A stretch of DNA of 64,000 bases. Origin: Bacteroidia bacterium (lineage in GTDB: Bacteria > Bacteroidota > Bacteroidia > NS11-12g > UBA9320). The notes below the pieces were generated by a model. The model was given only the letters and a program-made list of their open reading frames with translations, was not told where the DNA came from and ran no database searches. A program made the position numbers and the translations under genes. Shown here one piece after another: positions 28,901-39,783 of this stretch. The DNA lies in the NCBI GenBank assembly GCA_965216465.1, contig CBDCFW010000004.1, forward strand, positions 64,001 to 128,000, read 5' to 3'. Position 1 is the stretch's first letter. Every line of letters starts with the position of its first letter.

Positions 28901-30460
28901 ATGGCCTACGATATGATTATAGACGTAGGATCAGAAGGAGAAAGAATTGCTCTGCTCAAGGACAAGAAACTTGTTGAATTACACCAAGAGAAATCTGACA
29001 ATGGTTTCCAAGTTGGTGAAATTTACTTAGGTAAAGTAAAGAAAATCATGCCAGGCCTCAACGCCGCTTTTGTCGACGTTGGCCACGAGAAGGATGCTTT
29101 TCTACATTATCACGATTTAGGACCATACATAAAGTCCTGGTTAAAAATTACCAAAGATTCTGCTCAAGGGAGTAGAAAAAATGGTGACTTATCTGAGTTT
29201 ACCTTAGAACCTGAAACCCTCAAAACAGGGAAAATCGGTGACGTTCTTAAACGAAACCAACAGATTCTTGTTCAAATAGCAAAGGAGCCTATATCTTCTA
29301 AAGGTCCAAGGCTTACCACAGAAATTTCAATTGCGGGTAAGTACTTCATTCTGGTGCCTTTTTATGATACCGTTAATGTATCTAAAAAAGTAAGCACAGT
29401 TAATGAAAGAAAACGTCTTAAAAATTTGGCAACAAGTCTTAAGACTCCTAAGCTTGGGTTAATCTGTAGAACTGCAGCTGAAAAGAAAGGTGGGCAAGAT
29501 CTTCATCAAGATATTATTGAACTTCAACAACGTTGGGATAGCATATTCAAGATTCTTCCTGATGCCAAACCAAAGGATAGAATATTAGGTGAAGCACAAA
29601 AGAGCTTTGCCATTCTTCGTGACTTGTTAAGCTACGAATTCTCATCCATCACGGTTAACACCAAAAGCTTATACGATCAGCTGAAAGGACATTTAGGAGG
29701 AATTAACAAACAACTTCCTAAAATCCTGAAGCAGTATAGCGGTAAGGAGAACATCTTTAGTCAATTTGGTATTGAGAAGCAGATCAAAAGTTCATTCGGA
29801 AAAACAGTATCATGTCCCGGAGGAGCATATTTAATTATTGAGCATACCGAAGCGATGCACAGCATCGACGTAAATAGTGGCAGTAAGCAGAATAAGTTTA
29901 TTAACCAGGAAGAAAATGCATTGGCAACCAATTTAGATGCTGCTACCGAAATTGCTCGTCAACTTCGTTTACGCGACATGGGAGGCATAATCGTAATTGA
30001 TTTTATCGACCTCAGAACAGCCAGTTTTAAAAAGCAACTCTTTAATACGCTCAAAGAAGCGATGGCTGAAGATAAGGCCAAACATACCATCTTACCGATG
30101 AGTAAATTTGGACTTATTCAAATTACTCGCCAAAGGGTTCGACCAGAGATGTCGATTAAAACCGCAGAAAAATGTCCTACCTGCAAAGGAACAGGTTCGG
30201 TTATGTCTAGCTCGCTGATATTTGATGATATTGAGAAGCATTTAGATCACCTGTTAATGTCTGCGAAACACAGTAAGTTAACATTGATTACTAATCCTTA
30301 CTTAGCTGCATACGCCTCTCATGGCTTCCCTTCAAAAAGGATGTCTTGGTTTATGAAGTACAAAAAGTGGGTTAAGGTGAAATCAGATATCTCACATGGA
30401 ATGTTAGATTATTCCTTTGCTGATGAGCATAATGAAACTATCGACATTGGTCAACCGTAA
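28901..30460 (+). CDS. Ribonuclease E/G family
   Basis: S1 domain, LNAAFVDVG, KGPRL, IDVNSG, LRDMGGIIVIDFID, CPTCKGTG Zn-link. Confidence 0.96.
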   Translation: MAYDMIIDVGSEGERIALLKDKKLVELHQEKSDNGFQVGEIYLGKVKKIMPGLNAAFVDVGHEKDAFLHYHDLGPYIKSWLKITKDSAQGSRKNGDLSEFTLEPETLKTGKIGDVLKRNQQILVQIAKEPISSKGPRLTTEISIAGKYFILVPFYDTVNVSKKVSTVNERKRLKNLATSLKTPKLGLICRTAAEKKGGQDLHQDIIELQQRWDSIFKILPDAKPKDRILGEAQKSFAILRDLLSYEFSSITVNTKSLYDQLKGHLGGINKQLPKILKQYSGKENIFSQFGIEKQIKSSFGKTVSCPGGAYLIIEHTEAMHSIDVNSGSKQNKFINQEENALATNLDAATEIARQLRLRDMGGIIVIDFIDLRTASFKKQLFNTLKEAMAEDKAKHTILPMSKFGLIQITRQRVRPEMSIKTAEKCPTCKGTGSVMSSSLIFDDIEKHLDHLLMSAKHSKLTLITNPYLAAYASHGFPSKRMSWFMKYKKWVKVKSDISHGMLDYSFADEHNETIDIGQP

Positions 30461-30924
30461 TGGCAATCAAGTTCGTTGTTTTTGACCCTACTAAAGAAAA
30501 ATTCTTTCAGCAAAGTGAGAAAGAATACCTCAAACGATTAACCAAATATTGTAAACTTCAATACATCACTCTTCCTGCATCTAAAAAGTCAGTAAAGCGA
30601 GAAGATTGTTTGAGAATGGAGGAAGAAGCCTTACTTAGACACGTGTCGCCTACTGACCACCTGGTTTTAATGGATGAAAAAGGAGAACAATGGTCGAGCA
30701 GAAAGTTTGCACAAAAGCTTAACGAAAATTTAATTCATCAACCCGATATTACCTTTGTAATAGGCGGTGCATTTGGTTTTTCAGATATGGTTAGACAAAG
30801 GGCTAATGCATCTTGGAGCCTATCAAAACTTACTTTTCCGCACCACTTGGTTCGAACAATATTTCTTGAACAGTTGTATCGAGCGTTTACCATCTTGAAC
30901 GGAGAGAAATATCATAACGACTAG
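30460..30924 (+). CDS. rlmH: 23S rRNA m3Psi1915 methyltransferase
   Basis: EY.KRL, DEKG, FVIGGAFGFS, SLSKLTFPH, EQLYRA, YH. Confidence 0.95.
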   Translation: MAIKFVVFDPTKEKFFQQSEKEYLKRLTKYCKLQYITLPASKKSVKREDCLRMEEEALLRHVSPTDHLVLMDEKGEQWSSRKFAQKLNENLIHQPDITFVIGGAFGFSDMVRQRANASWSLSKLTFPHHLVRTIFLEQLYRAFTILNGEKYHND

Positions 30925-31011
30925 GAATTAATCTACAATCTGGTCACATTTCGCGGATATAAATTTGATTTTTAGCAAACTTTGATATGTTTGCAGCGTT
31001 TACAATTAGTA

Positions 31012-31290
31012 ATGGGACGTAAAAAGAAAGACAATTCAGAGGAAAAGAAGAAGATGGGAAGGCCGCCTACTAAACCGGTAACTAAAAGGCTTGCCTATTA
31101 TGTAAATGTGAAAGTGAATAACTCTATGAACTATCAGGTTACAAATGTTTTGATTAGTAAGGATACTATTCCTGAAGTCAAACAATTAATTGCTCGATCT
31201 CCACAGCAAGTTGAGCTACTTGGTTATTGGAATGGAAAAGAGTACGAACCTGTACCCGAATTAGAAGAATTCATTAAAAGCAGAGGATAA
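31012..31290 (+). CDS. Small basic hypothetical protein with AT-hook-like motif
   Basis: Start set at MGRKKK, after TATGTTTG (30986-30993); KKMGRPPTK; followed by a terminator. Confidence 0.65.
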   Translation: MGRKKKDNSEEKKKMGRPPTKPVTKRLAYYVNVKVNNSMNYQVTNVLISKDTIPEVKQLIARSPQQVELLGYWNGKEYEPVPELEEFIKSRG

Positions 31291-31309
31291 TCTGCGATAA
31301 GAATATTTT

Positions 31310-31337
31310 AAAGGGGTGCACATTGCACCCCTTTTTT
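31310..31337 (+). terminator. Intrinsic terminator
   Basis: AAAGGGGTGCA-CAT-TGCACCCCTTT followed by TTT. Confidence 0.88.
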
Positions 31338-31340
31338 GTT

Positions 31341-32486
31341 TTGAAAAGTAATTACTCTATATCGTTTTGGCTGCTTTGCATAAGTGCCTTGTTGTTCTTT
31401 TTGAGCTTCAATATTATTATTCCTGAAATGCCCGATTATATATCGAGTTTAGGGGGTGAAGATTACAAAGGTTACATCATTGGTTTGTTTACATTGGCGG
31501 CAGCTTTTTCAAGGCCAATTAGTGGTAAGTTGGCGGATTCAATCGGACGTCGTCCGGTAATGATATTTGGAGGTTTGGTGTGTGTGGTAGTGTCTTTTTT
31601 CTACCCGTTATTTACCACTGTATTTGCATTTTTGTTGTTGCGATTGTTTCATGGGTTATCTACTGGTTTTATGCCGACAGGGTCAACAGCATATGTTGCA
31701 GATATTGTACCAGCTGATAGAAGAGGTGAAGCAATGGGTATCATGGGTATAATGAGCAATCTTGGATTTATGATTGGGAATGCACTAAGCTCATTTTTAA
31801 TGGCACAAATTGGCCTGGTAAACTTGTTTTACCTTTCTGGGATACTCGCATTTTTATCAGTTGCAATCATCTTCAAGCTTCCAGAAAGCAATCACGAAAA
31901 GCAAAAATTTAGATGGGAATTTTTGAGGATTAGAAAAGATGATATTTGGGACAAACGGGCAATTAATCCAGCGGTGGTTACCATGTTGACCGTAATGAGT
32001 TTTGGCACCTTGTTGACTTTAATTCCGGATTACTCTAAGCATCTTGGCATTCAAAATAAAGGACTGTTCTTGTCGATAATGACCGTATCGACCATTCTTA
32101 CAAGGCTCTTAACTAGAAAGGTTTCGGATAAAAAAGGACGTGCAGTAACATGTATGTATGGTACGGGATTTTGGATAATAACAACCTTTTTGCTCGCGTT
32201 CATTACAGAACCAACTTTTTATGTAGCTGCAGCCATGAGTGGGATAGCAACAGGGTTGAACTCTCCAGCAATTTTTGCTTGGGCTGTTGATGTAGCAAAT
32301 GGAAAAAGGGCTGGGAGGTCGCTAGCAACTATGTTTGTTTCAATGGAAATAGGAATTGGTGCAGGTGCATTCGGTTCAGCCGCAGTTTATCAAAATGTGG
32401 AATCGAATTTAACCTATGTTTTTGGCATTTTAACCGCGATAAATGTGCTCGCTTTACTCTATCTCATAAGGCTCCAAAAGAAATAG
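31341..32486 (+). CDS. MFS transporter
   Basis: About 12 TM helices, GKLADSIGRR, RLFHG, P.DRRG.AMG. Start moved to TTG 31341 because 31323 is inside the terminator. Confidence 0.9.
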   Translation: MKSNYSISFWLLCISALLFFLSFNIIIPEMPDYISSLGGEDYKGYIIGLFTLAAAFSRPISGKLADSIGRRPVMIFGGLVCVVVSFFYPLFTTVFAFLLLRLFHGLSTGFMPTGSTAYVADIVPADRRGEAMGIMGIMSNLGFMIGNALSSFLMAQIGLVNLFYLSGILAFLSVAIIFKLPESNHEKQKFRWEFLRIRKDDIWDKRAINPAVVTMLTVMSFGTLLTLIPDYSKHLGIQNKGLFLSIMTVSTILTRLLTRKVSDKKGRAVTCMYGTGFWIITTFLLAFITEPTFYVAAAMSGIATGLNSPAIFAWAVDVANGKRAGRSLATMFVSMEIGIGAGAFGSAAVYQNVESNLTYVFGILTAINVLALLYLIRLQKK

Positions 32487-32654
32487 GCAGTTTACCCTTA
32501 TTTGTATTCGTTTAAAATAAGCTCAATGTCTTGAATTCATGAGCTTTTGCGGTGCTTTTTTGTTAGTCTAATAGGGTGCTTAAGATTTCTTGCAAAAACA
32601 CATCAGAAAGTTTAATCAAAATAATACATTTGCACCAATTTTCAATAGCTTTTA

Positions 32655-34001
32655 ATGGGTAAAGTAATAAAGATTAAACGCGGTAAAAACATTTCACTTG
32701 AAGGGGCAGCCCAGAGTGAATTACTTAGCGTGTCAGCACCCTCATCTTTCGCTATAAAGCCAACAGACTTTAAGGGACTAGTTCCTAAAATGGTGGTTAA
32801 ACCCGGCGATGAGGTTAAAGCAGGTGATGTCCTGTTCACTGACAAAAAGAATAGTGAAATCTGTTTCACGTCTCCCGTAAGTGGAGAGGTGGCAGAAGTT
32901 GTTAGAGGTGAAAGACGAGCAATTCAAGCGGTTGTTGTTTTAGCTGATTCAGAAACAAGTTACAAGGAGTTTAATACTTCTGGACACGAAAGTAAATCAG
33001 CAGATGAAATCAAATCGTTGCTATTAGAGTCTGGTTTATGGCCGTACATCGTTCAGCGTCCGTTCGGAACACTTGCTGAATTAGATGCAAAGCCTAAGGC
33101 AATACATATCTCAGGATTCGATTCTGCTCCACTAGCAGCTGACCTAGGTTTCAGCCTTAAAGGTGAAGAGTCAAACATCCAAGCGGGTATTAATGCTCTG
33201 TCTAAATTCACAGATGGATTGGTTCACTTGAACCTTCATAAAGATTCTGACAACAGCGTTTATTCTAACATTACTGGCGTTGAAAAGAATACATTCTCTG
33301 GCCCGCACCCAAGCGGACTAGTTGGTATTCAAATTCACCACATCGACCCAATAAATAAGGGCGATGTTGTTTGGACCATTAAACCTCAACACCTTGCTTT
33401 CATCGGTAGATTCTTAAATACCGGTAAGGTAAACTTGGATCAAAAAGTAGTTGTTGCGGGTTCAGAAATCACTAAGCCAGCTTATTATTCTTTAAGAGTT
33501 GGAAGCAGCTTAGATAAAGTTTTAGAAAACAATCTAAATTCAGGTAATTCAAGAGTTATCAGCGGCAATGTTCTTACCGGAACGAACGTTGGTGCTAAAG
33601 GTTATCTAGGATTTTTTGATAATCAAGTATCTGCAATTGAAGAGGGAGATGATTACGAGTTCTTGGGATGGTTGCTTCCATCGTATGCTCGTCCTACCAT
33701 CTCGAGTACTTTCCCAATTTCGAAGTTCTTGAAGAAAACATTTAAGGTAAATACCAACCTTCACGGTGAGCATCGTGCATATGTTGTTACTGGTGAATAC
33801 GAAAAAGTATTGCCAATGGACATTATGCCAGTTCAATTGATTAAGTCTGTTTTAGCAATGGATCTTGAGCAAATGGAGAACTTGGGTATTTATGAAGTAA
33901 TTGAAGAGGATATGGCTCTTTGCGAATTTGTATGTACATCGAAACAAGAAGTGCAAAGCATTTTAGCTGGAGGGCTTGAATTAATGGCTGAAGAAGGATA
34001 A
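32655..34001 (+). CDS. nqrA: Na+-translocating NADH:quinone reductase subunit A
   Basis: SPVSG, ESGLWP..QRPF, GPHPSG, ISGNVLTG, EEDMALCEFVCTSK. Confidence 0.96.
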   Translation: MGKVIKIKRGKNISLEGAAQSELLSVSAPSSFAIKPTDFKGLVPKMVVKPGDEVKAGDVLFTDKKNSEICFTSPVSGEVAEVVRGERRAIQAVVVLADSETSYKEFNTSGHESKSADEIKSLLLESGLWPYIVQRPFGTLAELDAKPKAIHISGFDSAPLAADLGFSLKGEESNIQAGINALSKFTDGLVHLNLHKDSDNSVYSNITGVEKNTFSGPHPSGLVGIQIHHIDPINKGDVVWTIKPQHLAFIGRFLNTGKVNLDQKVVVAGSEITKPAYYSLRVGSSLDKVLENNLNSGNSRVISGNVLTGTNVGAKGYLGFFDNQVSAIEEGDDYEFLGWLLPSYARPTISSTFPISKFLKKTFKVNTNLHGEHRAYVVTGEYEKVLPMDIMPVQLIKSVLAMDLEQMENLGIYEVIEEDMALCEFVCTSKQEVQSILAGGLELMAEEG

Positions 34002-34013
34002 AAGGATTGAAAA

Positions 34014-35207
34014 ATGAAGTTTTTAAGAAAAACATTAGATAATTTAAAGCCAACCTTTTCAAAAGGAGGTAAGCTGAGTTTCTTACACTCAACTTTCGAC
34101 GGTATTGAAACTTTCTTATTTGTGCCTAACCACACCACCAAGAAAGGTTCTCATATTCGTGACGGTATCGATCTTAAGCGTACCATGTTTACCGTGGTTA
34201 TCGCTCTTGTTCCAGCATTATTGTTTGGAATGTGGAACATCGGTTACCAATATCACAAAGCATTAGGCATGCTTGATACAGTTAGCCTATTCGATAACTT
34301 TATGTTCGGATTCTTGAAGACACTCCCATTGATTATCGTGTCTTACGGAGTTGGACTTGGAATTGAGTTTGCATTTTGTCAGATTAAAGGCCACCCAATT
34401 AATGAAGGTTTCCTTGTGTCTGGTTTGTTAATACCGATGGTAATGCCAGTAACTGTTCCGTTGTGGATGGTTGCGCTTGCAACAGCATTTGCGGTTGTGA
34501 TTGGAAAAGAGGTGTTTGGAGGAACAGGAATGAACCTGTTAAACCCGGCACTGACTGCAAGAATGTTCTTGTACATTGGTTATACTCCACAAATGAGTGG
34601 TGACGAAGTTTGGATTCCATTGGAAGAAGGAGCAAAAACAGTTGACGGGTTTTCAGGAGCTACCAATCTTGGTAGTTTGGCATCAGCTTCTGCAGCAGGA
34701 GAAAGTTGGAGCGACAAACTAGTTGAGATTTTTGATACAAGTATTATGGATAGCATTATCGGAACCATTCCTGGTTCAGTTGGAGAAACATCCGTAATTG
34801 CAATTCTAATTGGAGCGGCTATTCTAATTGCTTCAGGTATTGGAAGCTGGAAAATCATGCTTAGTACCGTTGTTGGTGGTTTATTCATGGGCTGGCTCCT
34901 AAATATAGGCGGCGGAGATACTGTTTGGAACGGAATGCCTGCATGGTATCACTTGGTAATTGGAGGATTTATGTTTGGAGCCGTGTTTATGGCCACTGAC
35001 CCCGTGTCTGCAACGCAAACTGATAGAGGTAAATGGATATATGGATTTTTAATTGGTGTGCTTACCGTTCTTATCCGTGTATTCAACCCGGGATATCCAG
35101 AAGGAATAATGATGGCAATACTTCTTATGAACGTATTCGCTCCATTGATTGATTATTATGTAGTTCAAGGTAACATTAAAAGAAGATTAAAACGTGTCAA
35201 AGCTTAA
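34014..35207 (+). CDS. nqrB: Na+-NQR subunit B
   Basis: HIRD..DLKR.M, KEVFGGTG.N, DGFSGAT (FMN-Thr), GSVGETS, MATDPVS. Confidence 0.97.
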   Translation: MKFLRKTLDNLKPTFSKGGKLSFLHSTFDGIETFLFVPNHTTKKGSHIRDGIDLKRTMFTVVIALVPALLFGMWNIGYQYHKALGMLDTVSLFDNFMFGFLKTLPLIIVSYGVGLGIEFAFCQIKGHPINEGFLVSGLLIPMVMPVTVPLWMVALATAFAVVIGKEVFGGTGMNLLNPALTARMFLYIGYTPQMSGDEVWIPLEEGAKTVDGFSGATNLGSLASASAAGESWSDKLVEIFDTSIMDSIIGTIPGSVGETSVIAILIGAAILIASGIGSWKIMLSTVVGGLFMGWLLNIGGGDTVWNGMPAWYHLVIGGFMFGAVFMATDPVSATQTDRGKWIYGFLIGVLTVLIRVFNPGYPEGIMMAILLMNVFAPLIDYYVVQGNIKRRLKRVKA

Positions 35208-35937
35208 TAAAAACTCAAACGGATACATATTACTGTACGCAGTAATTATGACGCTTATTTTCGGAACCTTACTCGCGTTTGTTTCTGAAACACTTAAGGA
35301 CAAGCAAAAAGCTGAGGTTCTTATCGAAAAGCAAAAATTTATTCTTAAAGCAGCTTACGGTGATAGTGTTATGGCAGAAATCGCCAAAACTGAAATCACC
35401 CCGTTGTATAATCAAACGGTAAAGGTAGAAATTGTTAACGCAGCGGGCAACGACATGGATGTTGAAGAAGCTCGCATCGATATCGGAAAAGAATATAAAA
35501 AAGGTGCTGAAGAAAGAGCACTGCCTATTTATGTTGTAGGAAAGAAAGATAATCCAAGTGAAGTAGAGTCTTATGTAATGCCTGTTTATGGCAAGGGACT
35601 TTGGGATTTTATTTGGGCATATGTTGCAATTGATGCAGATCTTGAAACAATTGAAGGTATTGTTTTTGACCACGTTGGTGAAACTCCTGGATTAGGAGCT
35701 CGATTAACTGACACAGATGTTCAACAACGCTTTGCAGGAAAGAAACTATCGTTCACTGAAAGTGCAATTGATGCTCCTGACTTTCAAAAAGGGGAAGGAA
35801 AAGATTATTCTGCCGATCCTTCTAAGGTTGACGGTTTAAGCGGTGCAACAATTACAGCTAAAGGAGCTAATAAAATGCTAGACGATTACATGGCATTATA
35901 CTTTACATACATTAACGCTAAAAGAGAGAAGTCATGA
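35194..35937 (+). CDS. nqrC: Na+-NQR subunit C
   Basis: GKGLW, H.GETPGLGA, DGLSGATIT (FMN-Thr). Confidence 0.95.
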   Translation: MSKLNKNSNGYILLYAVIMTLIFGTLLAFVSETLKDKQKAEVLIEKQKFILKAAYGDSVMAEIAKTEITPLYNQTVKVEIVNAAGNDMDVEEARIDIGKEYKKGAEERALPIYVVGKKDNPSEVESYVMPVYGKGLWDFIWAYVAIDADLETIEGIVFDHVGETPGLGARLTDTDVQQRFAGKKLSFTESAIDAPDFQKGEGKDYSADPSKVDGLSGATITAKGANKMLDDYMALYFTYINAKREKS

Positions 35938-36596
35938 GTACTGAAACAATAGAAAAAACAGAAGAAAAAGTGGTGAAGTCGTCAGAGCCTCTTTTGTCAA
36001 AAAAGAGAAGACAACTGGTAACCAATCCATTGGATGATGATAATCCAATTACGCTTCAAGTACTAGGTATTTGTTCTGCATTAGCGGTAACCATCGCATT
36101 AAAAGGTACAGTGATTATGGCAATTGCAGTATTCTTCGTATTGGTATCGGCAAACGTGATTATCTCAGCACTAAGAAATACAATTCCAAACAGAATTAGA
36201 ATCATCGTTCAACTTGTTGTAGTTGCATCGTTGGTAGCTGTTGTTGACCAGGTGCTTAAAGCATATGCTTTTGAGCAGTCTAAACAACTTTCGGTATTCG
36301 TTGGATTAATTATTACTAACTGTATCGTAATGGGGCGTTTAGAAGCATTTGCCTTAGGTAACAAACCATGGGATTCGTTGTTAGACGGTGTAGGTAATTC
36401 ATTGGGTTATGGATGGATTATTATCGCCATCGCCTTTGTAAGAGAGTTATTTGGTAGCGGAAAGTTATTCGGAGCTCAAATTTTTGGAGATTGGTACATG
36501 AACAACGGGTTCTTTGCCACTCCAGCAGCTGCATGTATCATTCTAGGTATCATTATTTGGATTTTAAGAGCAAGAAGCGGTTATACCGAAGAATAA
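35934..36596 (+). CDS. nqrD: Na+-NQR subunit D
   Basis: NPI..QVLGICSALAVT, LSVFVGLIITNCIVMGR.EAFA. Confidence 0.96.
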   Translation: MSTETIEKTEEKVVKSSEPLLSKKRRQLVTNPLDDDNPITLQVLGICSALAVTIALKGTVIMAIAVFFVLVSANVIISALRNTIPNRIRIIVQLVVVASLVAVVDQVLKAYAFEQSKQLSVFVGLIITNCIVMGRLEAFALGNKPWDSLLDGVGNSLGYGWIIIAIAFVRELFGSGKLFGAQIFGDWYMNNGFFATPAAACIILGIIIWILRARSGYTEE

Positions 36597-36617
36597 ACAC
36601 CTAAAAAGTAGAAAACA

Positions 36618-37337
36618 ATGTTAGAAAATTTATTAAACATATTCGTTAGATCAATATTCGTTGACAATATGATCTTCGCATACTTCTTAGGTATGTGTTC
36701 GTACTTAGCTGTTTCTAAAAAATATAAAACAGCAGCAGGTTTAGGTTTAGCAGTAATCTTTGTATTGGGTATTACTGTTCCTCTAAACTGGTTAGCTTAC
36801 AATTACTTGCTTAAAGAAGGTGCTCTTACATGGATCAGCCAAGACTTTGCAAGTATCGACCTTGAAGTATTGAAGTTTATTGTATTCATCGCAATCGTTG
36901 CAGCATTTGTACAATTGACGGAGATGGCTGTAGAGAAATTCTCTCCATCGCTTTATAACTCATTGGGGATATTCTTACCACTGATTGCGGTAAACTGCTC
37001 GATTTTAGGAGCAGCATTATTCTTGCCAACAAGAGACTATAGCTTAGTTGAAGCTACTACGTTCGGATTAGGTTCTGGATTGGGTTGGTTCTTAGCCGTA
37101 GTTGCACTGGCTGCAATTCGTGAGAAGATGGCTTACTCTGACGTTCCTAAGCCTTTAAGAGGTCTAGGAATTACATTCATAATCGTAGGTTTAATGGCCT
37201 TTGGATTTATGAGTTTTGGAGGATTTGAATTGCCGTTTAAAAGAACAGGTGATCAGCCAACGGAAGAAGTATCTGCTCAAGATACAGAAGTGAAACAAGA
37301 TTTAGTTGAAACTGTTAATTATATAGAAGAGAAATGA
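36618..37337 (+). CDS. nqrE: Na+-NQR subunit E
   Basis: [35 protein letters not shown]. Confidence 0.96.
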   Translation: MLENLLNIFVRSIFVDNMIFAYFLGMCSYLAVSKKYKTAAGLGLAVIFVLGITVPLNWLAYNYLLKEGALTWISQDFASIDLEVLKFIVFIAIVAAFVQLTEMAVEKFSPSLYNSLGIFLPLIAVNCSILGAALFLPTRDYSLVEATTFGLGSGLGWFLAVVALAAIREKMAYSDVPKPLRGLGITFIIVGLMAFGFMSFGGFELPFKRTGDQPTEEVSAQDTEVKQDLVETVNYIEEK

Positions 37338-38656
37338 TTTTTGCGATAAACCCAACAGTTATAATTCTTTCCGCGATAATATTTTCTATTATCATTATTC
37401 TTTTAGCAACCATGCTTATGGTAGCTGCAAAAAGATTAGTTAATCAAGGAGCTGTTAAGCTTACAATTAATGGAGAGCGGGAAGTAGAGATTGAAGCAGG
37501 AGGTACCTTACTTAATGCTTTACAAGATCAACAGTTATTCTTACCATCTGCTTGTGGTGGTGGAGGTACTTGTGCGATGTGTAAATGTCAGGTTCATGAA
37601 GGAGGAGGAGAAATTCTTCCTACAGAAACTGGTCACATCAAAAGAAAAGAGCAGAAGGACAATTGGAGACTTGCTTGTCAGGTTAAAGTTAAAGAAGACA
37701 TGGTTGTTGAAGTACCTGAAGAGGTATTCGGAATCAAGAAGTGGGAATGTGAGGTTGTTTCAAACTACAACGTTGCATCTTTCATTAAAGAATTTGTTGT
37801 TAAACTTCCTGAAGGAGAAACGCTTGACTTTGAAGCAGGTGGTTATATCCAGTTAGATGTTCCTCCTATTGAGGTTAACTTTAAAGATATGGATATCACT
37901 GCTCATCCAGAGCTTGTTGCTCTAGGCAGAGATAAAGACGACTTTCAATCAGAGTGGGACAAATACGGTCTATGGGATTTAAAAATGGTTAACGATGAAC
38001 CAATTTTTAGAGCGTACTCAATGGCTAACCACCCTGCCGAAGGGAATATTGTAATGCTTAATATTCGTATTGCAACTCCGCCTTGGGATCGTAAGAATAA
38101 CAAGTGGATGGATGTAAATCCAGGTATTTGTTCTTCGTATGTATTCAGTAGAAAACCAGGTGATAAAGTGGTTGTTTCTGGTCCTTACGGTGAGTTCTTC
38201 ATCAAAGAAACTGATGCAGAAATGCTTTACATTGGTGGTGGTGCTGGAATGGCTCCTATGCGTTCACACTTATTCCACTTGTTCCATACCCTTAAAACAG
38301 GTAGAAAGGTAACCTACTGGTACGGCGGACGTTCTAAACGAGAGCTGTTCTACTTAGATCACTTCAACAAGATTGCAGAACAATTCCCTAATTTCAAATT
38401 CTTCATCGTTCTTTCAGACGCTTTACCAGAAGATAACTGGGTAAACAAGAAGGATGTAAACGATAAAGAAGGAGATGGATTTAGTGGATTTGTACACCAA
38501 GCTGTTATTGATGAGTATTTGTCTAAGCATGAAGCTCCAGAAGATATAGAATTCTATTTCTGTGGTCCTCCATTAATGAATCAGGCCGTTCTTAAAATGG
38601 TTGATGATTGGGGAGTACCTCCAGAAAATGTTTCTTTCGACGATTTCGGAGGATAA
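37334..38656 (+). CDS. nqrF: Na+-NQR subunit F
   Basis: [12 protein letters not shown] (2Fe-2S), [25 protein letters not shown]. Confidence 0.97.
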   Translation: MIFAINPTVIILSAIIFSIIIILLATMLMVAAKRLVNQGAVKLTINGEREVEIEAGGTLLNALQDQQLFLPSACGGGGTCAMCKCQVHEGGGEILPTETGHIKRKEQKDNWRLACQVKVKEDMVVEVPEEVFGIKKWECEVVSNYNVASFIKEFVVKLPEGETLDFEAGGYIQLDVPPIEVNFKDMDITAHPELVALGRDKDDFQSEWDKYGLWDLKMVNDEPIFRAYSMANHPAEGNIVMLNIRIATPPWDRKNNKWMDVNPGICSSYVFSRKPGDKVVVSGPYGEFFIKETDAEMLYIGGGAGMAPMRSHLFHLFHTLKTGRKVTYWYGGRSKRELFYLDHFNKIAEQFPNFKFFIVLSDALPEDNWVNKKDVNDKEGDGFSGFVHQAVIDEYLSKHEAPEDIEFYFCGPPLMNQAVLKMVDDWGVPPENVSFDDFGG

Positions 38657-38676
38657 TCATAAAAACTTATCAAAAG

Positions 38677-38704
38677 AAGGCTAGCCAAAAGGCTGGCCTT
38701 TTTT
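38677..38704 (+). terminator. Intrinsic terminator after nqrF
   Basis: AAGGCTAGCC-AAAA-GGCTGGCCTT followed by TTTT. Confidence 0.85.
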
Positions 38705-38716
38705 ATTTTTGAGCTC

Positions 38717-39718
38717 ATGAAAAAAAGTGCATTGTTCTTGTGTCTAGTTCTAGGATTAATCTCGTGTTCTGAAGAGGAACCTCAAGAATATAAGCTTGCT
38801 GGAGATGCTATAGGAACAACCTATCACATTACTTATATCGGTCAGGAGATCGATAGCCTTAAAGAAAAGATTGACTCCATCATTTTTGAGATCAATCACG
38901 CTCTATCTACCTATCAAGAAAACTCTCTTATCACCGCATTCAATACAAATTCAAATACCATGTGGGATAACCCCATGAACATGCGACACTTTTTTAGTGA
39001 TATGAGTCACTTAAGCTCAATGATTCACCTTTCACAAGAAGTTCACGCAAAAACAGATGGAGCATTTGATCCAAGTGCCGCAAGATTATTTGAGATTTAT
39101 AACGAAGCTAAGAAGAATGGTCTTCCTATGGATTCTTTGGAAGTTAATGAAGCTTTACAGCACATGGGCATTGCTGATTTACGTTCAGATCCAAATGGGT
39201 TTCCTATGAAAACGGATTCTGCTTTTATGTTAAACTTTAATGCGATCGCCAAAGGTTATTTGGTCGACCTTGTAGCCAATTACATTGATAAACAAGGAAT
39301 TTCTGACTATATGGTAGAGATTGGAGGAGAAGTTAAAGTACACGGAACCAATTTCAGGGGAGAAGTGTGGAATCTGGGAATTAATTATCCTGAGGTTAAT
39401 CGCTCAACAGAAATCTTCGAAACCATTCAGTTGAATAATCAATCAATGGCCACCAGCGGCAACTATCAAAATTACTACTACATAGACGACGAACTTATTG
39501 GTCATACCATTGACCCGAGAACAGGAAAGCCAATAGTTTCAAGCTTAAAAAGTGCGAGTGTAATTCATAAACACTGTGCTGTAGCTGATGCATATGCAAC
39601 TGCATTTATGGTTTTGGGTCTTGACGCTATTCCAGTAATTGAACAAGATTCTTCATTAAGTGCATACCTCATTTATGAAGATGATTCAGGCAAATTGGTA
39701 GGCCAATTTGTAGAATAA
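38717..39718 (+). CDS. apbE: FAD:protein FMN transferase (lipoprotein)
   Basis: Lipobox LISC, GTTY, TDGAFDP, AIAKGY, VEIGGE, ATSGNY, HTIDPRTG, ADAYATA. Confidence 0.95.
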   Translation: MKKSALFLCLVLGLISCSEEEPQEYKLAGDAIGTTYHITYIGQEIDSLKEKIDSIIFEINHALSTYQENSLITAFNTNSNTMWDNPMNMRHFFSDMSHLSSMIHLSQEVHAKTDGAFDPSAARLFEIYNEAKKNGLPMDSLEVNEALQHMGIADLRSDPNGFPMKTDSAFMLNFNAIAKGYLVDLVANYIDKQGISDYMVEIGGEVKVHGTNFRGEVWNLGINYPEVNRSTEIFETIQLNNQSMATSGNYQNYYYIDDELIGHTIDPRTGKPIVSSLKSASVIHKHCAVADAYATAFMVLGLDAIPVIEQDSSLSAYLIYEDDSGKLVGQFVE

Positions 39719-39783
39719 AAAGAATATTCACCGTAGTTTCTCTAAGCAAAGAAGGTTGCTTAAATTGCACCTAAAATTAGCAC

